DNA from: an uncultured virus (IMG/VR IMGVR_UViG_3300042894_007211)
Taxonomy: Duplodnaviria > Heunggongvirae > Uroviricota > Caudoviricetes
DNA length: 64,000 nt
Reading direction: 5' to 3' (one strand)
Virus record (IMG/VR): IMGVR_UViG_3300042894_007211
Part shown: one piece after another, positions 59,153 through 64,000 of the stretch
How positions within the stretch are numbered: the first letter of the stretch is position 1
How the letters are laid out: each line of letters opens with the position of its first letter
Position numbers and translations under genes: made by a program
Notes under the pieces: model-generated
The model's database searches: none
Seen by the model: the letters and a program-made list of their open reading frames with translations, nothing else
What the model was told of the DNA's origin: nothing

Positions 59153-59443
59153 TTAATATCTTCTAATTAGATTACCATATCTGTCACGCAACTGATTTTC
59201 AATTTTGGTACGAACAACAATGTTAGTGTCTTGAAACTTTGCGTCTAAAGCACTCTCACAAATAAATCTAATTCTGTTACCGTTGGTATCACGAGTTTCA
59301 ACTTTACCATTTAGATATGTGACAACAAAAATATTCTCTTTATCTGAAAAACTGGCATTATTCACGGAGTCACATATTTTTCTGATAGTGTTACCCGACT
59401 TATCACAAGTATAGAGAGTGTCTGATTGAATTTTGAAGTTCAT
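59153..59443 (-). CDS. Small internally repeated beta protein
   Basis: DKSGNTIRKIC / DTNGNRIRFIC / DRYGNLIRRY. Confidence 0.7.
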   Translation of the reverse strand: MNFKIQSDTLYTCDKSGNTIRKICDSVNNASFSDKENIFVVTYLNGKVETRDTNGNRIRFICESALDAKFQDTNIVVRTKIENQLRDRYGNLIRRY

Positions 59444-59467
59444 AGATTATGTTTATGTTATGTTTTA

Positions 59468-59497
59468 CAAATATAATCATTTTTTTAATACACACAA
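59468..59497 (-). promoter_or_regulatory. Bacteroidota-type promoter
   Basis: Minus strand TTG, 19 nt, TATATTTG (59475-59468). Confidence 0.6.
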
Positions 59498-59549
59498 TCA
59501 ATTTTCGTATTTAAATAAAAATATATAGTTAAAACTCAATAAAATCAAA

Positions 59550-59873
59550 GTGTCTGTAAGAATTGTTCATCTAAAACCTAACTCTCAAGATATTGAGACA
59601 TGGGTTGCTATTGTTGACAGTGAAGTTGTTGGTCACATCTATATGAAAATAGAGCATAATAATCGAATAAAATTTTTAGATGCTTGGGTTCATGAAGATT
59701 GGAGAAGAAAAGGAATATACAGAACTCTATGGGAAACCAGATGGCAATACGTCAATGAGAATTATAAATTACACACAGTGTATGCCTGGTGTAAAGACAA
59801 CAGTTTACCACTTCTAATCGAAAAGGGGTTTGAAATAGGTGAAGTTTGCACTTATGTAGAAAAAAAAATTTAA
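59550..59873 (+). CDS. GNAT-family acetyltransferase
   Basis: VVGH...WVHEDWRRKGIY...LLIEKGF. Confidence 0.8.
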   Translation: MSVRIVHLKPNSQDIETWVAIVDSEVVGHIYMKIEHNNRIKFLDAWVHEDWRRKGIYRTLWETRWQYVNENYKLHTVYAWCKDNSLPLLIEKGFEIGEVCTYVEKKI

Positions 59874-59970
59874 TTTTTTTTTATTTTTTACTAAACTTTT
59901 TAAAACTTAGTATCCATCAACGTCTATAAGAAACATACGGTGTAAATCGTAATAAAAAAAGAAATGCGGG

Positions 59971-60243
59971 ATGAATAAAGCAGATTTAGTAAATTCAATT
60001 TCTGAACAGACTGGTTTAACAAAAACTAAGTCTAATCAAGTTGTAGACGTCCTAACATCAGTAATTGCTGAAACACTTTCTAAAGGTGAAAAAGTTACTC
60101 TTGTTGGTTTTGGTACTTTCACAACAACTGATAGAAATGCACGCAAAGGTAGAAATCCAAAAACTGGAGAGGTAATCGAAATTCCAGCTAAAAGGGTTGC
60201 TAAATTTAAGGCAGGTTCAGAGTTGACAAAAAATGTAAATTAA
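59971..60243 (+). CDS. hup: HU family DNA-binding protein
   Basis: MNKADLV...VTLVGFGTF...ARKGRNPKTGE.I.IPA...KFKAG. Confidence 0.95.
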   Translation: MNKADLVNSISEQTGLTKTKSNQVVDVLTSVIAETLSKGEKVTLVGFGTFTTTDRNARKGRNPKTGEVIEIPAKRVAKFKAGSELTKNVN

Positions 60244-60262
60244 TATTTATATTTTTCAATTG

Positions 60263-60290
60263 AAAAACCCTCTTATTTAGAGGGTTTTTT
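60263..60290. terminator. Bidirectional intrinsic terminator
   Basis: aaaaaccctct-tattt-agagggttttt. Confidence 0.85.
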
Positions 60291-60471
60291 ATTTTTCAGA
60301 CTTTTTAAAATCCCACGGACAATGACGACAACCACTTTCGCAGCATTTAGGTCTAATCATCTTTAAATACTCTTCAGTGAAAACTCTTAGTTTTACACCT
60401 TCAATCTCTTCCCAATAGAAATCAACACCTTCTATCAGTTCATCAACTCTTAGTCTCTTCCAATCACACAT
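60289..60471 (-). CDS. Small Cys-rich protein (DUF5522-like)
   Basis: DFYW...VFTEEYL...CCESGCRHCPW. Confidence 0.75.
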   Translation of the reverse strand: MCDWKRLRVDELIEGVDFYWEEIEGVKLRVFTEEYLKMIRPKCCESGCRHCPWDFKKSEK

Positions 60472-60526
60472 TTAAAATATATCTTTTACTCTTCTGATGT
60501 AAAATTTTTAATTTTTTTTACTTCAA

Positions 60527-60568
60527 TATATATTAAATAGAAATTTTAGAAAAGAAATTTAATATATA
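60527..60568. promoter_or_regulatory. Divergent pair of putative late promoters
   Basis: TTAATATATA on minus (60527-60536) and plus (60559-60568). Confidence 0.65.
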
Positions 60569-60573
60569 AAACT

Positions 60574-62247
60574 ATGAAATGGATTAAAAATCGTAAACAA
60601 TTTTTAAATGAGGCAAAAATCAGAGATGTGATTTTACCCAGACAAGCAAAAGAGGTTGCTTCATATTGGGGTGAAAAATACTTAGATTATGAAGAAATCG
60701 AACCAACAGACAAAATAAAACAAGGTAGTTGGAAGTTAGAAGAAGAAGATAAAGTTAAAGCATTATCTGCATTTTTTGATTGCGATATGAGTGTAATAAT
60801 CAATTTGTTTTCTAACCTACCCGATAGATTTAATACAGTATTAGCTGAATCTATCAAACCTGAGTTACTTGAAGAAGCACCAAGAACCGTGTTAGTCGAA
60901 TTAAACATTCAGTCTCCAACAGTTGACCAAATGGTTTTTATTTTTGATAATGTATTTAGAAAATTAGCCATCTCTGAAACACAATCAACTGAAATGATTC
61001 AAAAAGATGATAATGGAAGACCTATAAGAGACGAGGAAGGAAATATGATGAGAATTAAGAAGAATGCAGGTGATCCTATATTCACAAATAACTTAGTCAA
61101 TATAAATTCATTCGTTGATGACTACAATAGATGTTATCCAGATGAAAAGGTTGAAGCGAACTTTCAATCTAGAGACCTTTCTCAATTAAGAAATTTAGCT
61201 AAAGATAATCACAATAGAGATTATAAATTTGAATTTAATATTTTCGGAAAAGACCTTTACTTACAAATAGATCACAATCCAAAAGATGTGTTAAATATGT
61301 CAATTTCTAAATTTTATAGTTCTTGTCAACATCTTTATACAGGTGGTTATAGAAGTAGACTTTTAGGAAATATATTCGATCCTAATTCTATTCCAGCTAT
61401 ACTAGTATTTGATTCTCCTATAATTTGGGGAAATGACAAAATTTCTGATAAACTACCACTTTCAAGAATGATGATAAGAAATATTGAGACATTCAGTAGT
61501 GATGGTAACGTTGAACCGAAACTTTTCTTTGATAGAGCTTACCCTGATAGAATGAGAGATATTTTTGCACAGTTAGTAGAGAAATATAGTTCAAATAAAG
61601 AAACTGTTAAAGATAGCGACAGTGTTACTTACACTTTTATGCCAGATATTGACTATGATGATGATAATGTTGAAGAACCTTATATGGATAGACTTAGAAT
61701 GAGAAAAGAAAGAATGATCGGTATAAACACTAAAACACTTTATTTAAGTCATTCATACGATTGGTCAAAAACTAAGATTGCACCGAATGCTAGAATTAAA
61801 GAGTTAATTATTGAAACTACTGACATTCCTGAGAACTTACTTGAAATCAAAGTTGATTTAGAGTGGATTAAATTTAAAAACCTTAAAATTAAAACTCTTC
61901 AAGGTTTTGAAAATCTTAAAACCGATTCTGTTGCCTTTGATAAGTGTAAATTTGATGCTAAATTCTTTGATGAGATGGCTAAAGCTAAACCAGATATTAA
62001 AAAACTACAAATCATAAGTTCAGATATTACCGGTGACCTACAACTATCTCAATTTGAAAAATTAGAAGAACTTCATTTAGTTTACACACTTGATTCATTA
62101 GATGAAACACTAGAAGCAGTGTCTAATACACAGATTAAAAAATTAGTTATCTCTGGAGATTTAGTTTCAGGTGAAAATGGCAAACAAATGCTTCAAGATA
62201 TCAGAAGAAAAGGTATAAGAGTTGAAACAATCGGACCAGTTATATGA
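60574..62247 (+). CDS. Hypothetical protein with N-terminal tag and LRR-like C-terminus
   Basis: MKWIKNRKQFLNEA; SSCQH...SRMMIR...FDRAYP; Leu-periodic C-terminal region. Confidence 0.75.
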   Translation: MKWIKNRKQFLNEAKIRDVILPRQAKEVASYWGEKYLDYEEIEPTDKIKQGSWKLEEEDKVKALSAFFDCDMSVIINLFSNLPDRFNTVLAESIKPELLEEAPRTVLVELNIQSPTVDQMVFIFDNVFRKLAISETQSTEMIQKDDNGRPIRDEEGNMMRIKKNAGDPIFTNNLVNINSFVDDYNRCYPDEKVEANFQSRDLSQLRNLAKDNHNRDYKFEFNIFGKDLYLQIDHNPKDVLNMSISKFYSSCQHLYTGGYRSRLLGNIFDPNSIPAILVFDSPIIWGNDKISDKLPLSRMMIRNIETFSSDGNVEPKLFFDRAYPDRMRDIFAQLVEKYSSNKETVKDSDSVTYTFMPDIDYDDDNVEEPYMDRLRMRKERMIGINTKTLYLSHSYDWSKTKIAPNARIKELIIETTDIPENLLEIKVDLEWIKFKNLKIKTLQGFENLKTDSVAFDKCKFDAKFFDEMAKAKPDIKKLQIISSDITGDLQLSQFEKLEELHLVYTLDSLDETLEAVSNTQIKKLVISGDLVSGENGKQMLQDIRRKGIRVETIGPVI

Positions 62248-63902
62248 GAGAGTTAAAATATTTAAAACTATTTGAAGCATTTGAATCTATTAAGTTAACA
62301 AAAACTTTAGGTTATGTCGATTCCAAGAGTAGAGAAGAGTTAATAGATAAGTTGAAGATTATATGTTCGAGTATAGATTTTCCAATTTCTCAATTAACCG
62401 ACGATTATTTCAAATACCTTCCATTTAATAAGGCACTAAATCTACAATTTACCCCAGAAGACAAACCGTGTAAGGCTACTAGTAAAGATTTATTTGGGGG
62501 TTCTGGTATAGAAGGTGAAGTCTGTCAAAGTGGAAAAATAAAAAGAATGTGGGGGTCTCGCCAAAGACTTGTTGACTGCTCGAATTGTAGTGGAACTGGA
62601 ATACAACCACAAAAAAGTGAAGTACAGCTTCTAAAATTTTGGTTTACTAAAGAAGGTGAAATGGTAGCAATAACTGCAGTTGATAACAACACAAAACCAG
62701 AGCTTAAATCGAAAACAACCTCAAAATTCAACAAAAATGTATCAAGTTTTAATTTAGTTGGTGAAGAATATTCAAGAAGAAGTAACGTCTCTTTTTTAAA
62801 TCATGGTGATTTTGTTTATGCTAACTTAGTTGGACATTCAACACCAATCATTTGTTTTGTTTGGAAAGAAGGACGTAGATTATATCTAATTCAAGATGAA
62901 CACGATGGAGATACACCAAGTGGTGATTTTAGAAAAATTGCTAAATATTCGTGGAACATCACAGATGGTGATTTTATAACTCTACGAAAAGCAGAACCAA
63001 AACAAACTCAAGATTACGAAGATGTTGATGATGAAATCGACCCATATTCTTTTAACAGATCTATAACTTTTAGCTACAGAGGTGTTCAGATGTCAAGATA
63101 TAATAATGCAAGAGAAGTAGAAAAAACTATTTCAAAGGCTCATTTTGCGCTTGTATTTGATATTTCAAAATTAAAATCCACAGATTTTAAATCAAAGAAG
63201 GAAATATCTTCAGAAAGAGAAAAAATCAAAAGTGGATCTAAATTGACTATTAAAGATGAAGACATAAGAAAAGCAAATATTCAAAGATATATGAATGAGA
63301 TTGCTAAAAGAAGTGATATCATTTCAGATATTAGCAATCTAAAAAAAGTAGTCAAAAGAATTTTAACTGGTAATTCACTTTACTTAATACTATACAACTC
63401 CAGATTTACCAATAATCTATTTTCAGTTATTGATAAATATCTTAGAGCTTTGAAAGAAGATGTTAATGAAGATTACTATAAACGAGAACTTTCTAACTAT
63501 ATTGCTGAAAAATATAAAAGTGTGGCTGAAAGAAGTTCAAACATTTCTAAAAATCTTAAAGAAGTAAGAGACCATTTACAAAAAAATGATATGGATGATA
63601 GACTTCAGATAATTGATGGATTGGACAAAATGTCAAAATCATTCAACAATTTAATCGATAATTCTAAATTAGAATGTATTGAAGATCTTGAAATTCTTTT
63701 ATCAAAACTTGACGGGTTGAGAACTATTTTTAGAGGAAATAGGTATGATGTAGATAAACTAGACTATTTTATAGACAGTTTAACAAATGAGGAATCAGGT
63801 AACAGCATAAGATACATAACTGACCATTATTACGTTAGAGACTATGTTGCTGAAATTAATAACAGTATACAAAAATGCCTTACAATTTTGGCAAGATATT
63901 AA
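62244..63902 (+). CDS. Hypothetical protein with N-terminal tag and CxxCxGxG zinc motif
   Basis: MRELKYLKLFEAFES; CSNCSGTG. Confidence 0.75.
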   Translation: MRELKYLKLFEAFESIKLTKTLGYVDSKSREELIDKLKIICSSIDFPISQLTDDYFKYLPFNKALNLQFTPEDKPCKATSKDLFGGSGIEGEVCQSGKIKRMWGSRQRLVDCSNCSGTGIQPQKSEVQLLKFWFTKEGEMVAITAVDNNTKPELKSKTTSKFNKNVSSFNLVGEEYSRRSNVSFLNHGDFVYANLVGHSTPIICFVWKEGRRLYLIQDEHDGDTPSGDFRKIAKYSWNITDGDFITLRKAEPKQTQDYEDVDDEIDPYSFNRSITFSYRGVQMSRYNNAREVEKTISKAHFALVFDISKLKSTDFKSKKEISSEREKIKSGSKLTIKDEDIRKANIQRYMNEIAKRSDIISDISNLKKVVKRILTGNSLYLILYNSRFTNNLFSVIDKYLRALKEDVNEDYYKRELSNYIAEKYKSVAERSSNISKNLKEVRDHLQKNDMDDRLQIIDGLDKMSKSFNNLIDNSKLECIEDLEILLSKLDGLRTIFRGNRYDVDKLDYFIDSLTNEESGNSIRYITDHYYVRDYVAEINNSIQKCLTILARY

Positions 63903-63924
63903 TCTGAAAATCTTTAAAAGAAAA

Positions 63925-63999
63925 TTAAAACAATCTTTTTATCTCATCGATTTGTCTTTGAAATTCCTTAAGTTCAATATTTCTAAGCATTTTAAACTT
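63925..63999 (-). CDS. 3' end of a gene entering from beyond the window
   Basis: KFKMLRNIELKEFQRQIDEIKRLF* on the minus strand. Confidence 0.4.
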   Translation of the reverse strand, partial: KFKMLRNIELKEFQRQIDEIKRLF

Positions 64000-64000
64000 T

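Noticed and set aside
3472..62734. Short antisense or alternate-frame ORFs in the track (e.g. 3472, 6725, 11277, 20203, 30312, 34768, 41995, 46928, 54192, 62525)
   Set aside because: They lie inside longer, better-supported genes and show shadow-ORF composition with no motifs.
1..64000. Stop-codon reassignment as in some jumbo phages
   Set aside because: Known enzymes are full length in code 11. TAG stops (17710, 26720, 31699, 51731) are followed by intergenic DNA and new starts.
1..64000. tRNA, rRNA or CRISPR arrays
   Set aside because: Intergenic gaps are short and AT-rich. No cloverleaf or repeat-spacer pattern was seen; all long repeats are in-frame coding repeats.
1..64000. Bacterial chromosome or eukaryotic giant virus origin
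   Set aside because: The baseplate wedge gene, scattered host-like enzymes among many orphans, sigma70, HU and overlapping operons fit a large bacteriophage.

Overview
AT-rich, gene-dense 64 kb segment of a large (jumbo-type) tailed bacteriophage, standard genetic code. The host is most likely Bacteroidota, based on TAnnTTTG promoters, A-rich leaders without Shine-Dalgarno sites, and Hc1, HU and DUF151 genes of Bacteroidota type. It encodes a sigma70-family factor, a gp6-like baseplate wedge protein, two Dam-like methylases, a Cas4-like exonuclease, AAA ATPases, a nucleotide-sugar/glycosylation cluster (GalE, Ugd, RfbH, RmlD-like, GT2, FkbM-like), FolD, DHFR, Gmk, MazG-like and an atypical QueF. 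Also present are Skp-like and J-domain proteins, an RlpA-like enzyme, a free-standing endonuclease and an LRR/DUF285 adhesin-like protein. No tRNA, rRNA or CRISPR array was seen. The most striking structure spans the whole window. (1) About 12 unrelated proteins share an N-terminal M-K-x-[ILM]-K-x-[FY]-x-x-F-x(0-2)-E tag resembling the T4 capsid-targeting sequence, and almost all sit behind a TTAATATATA motif. (2) About 11 other proteins, mostly small and SH3-like, share a C-terminal R-x-x-[KQR]-[IL]-x-x-[IL]-[LIG] helix. (3) Three candidate promoter classes partition genes by function. (4) A ~120-aa module is reused in three adhesin-like proteins. All family calls come from motif recognition by eye, not database searches.
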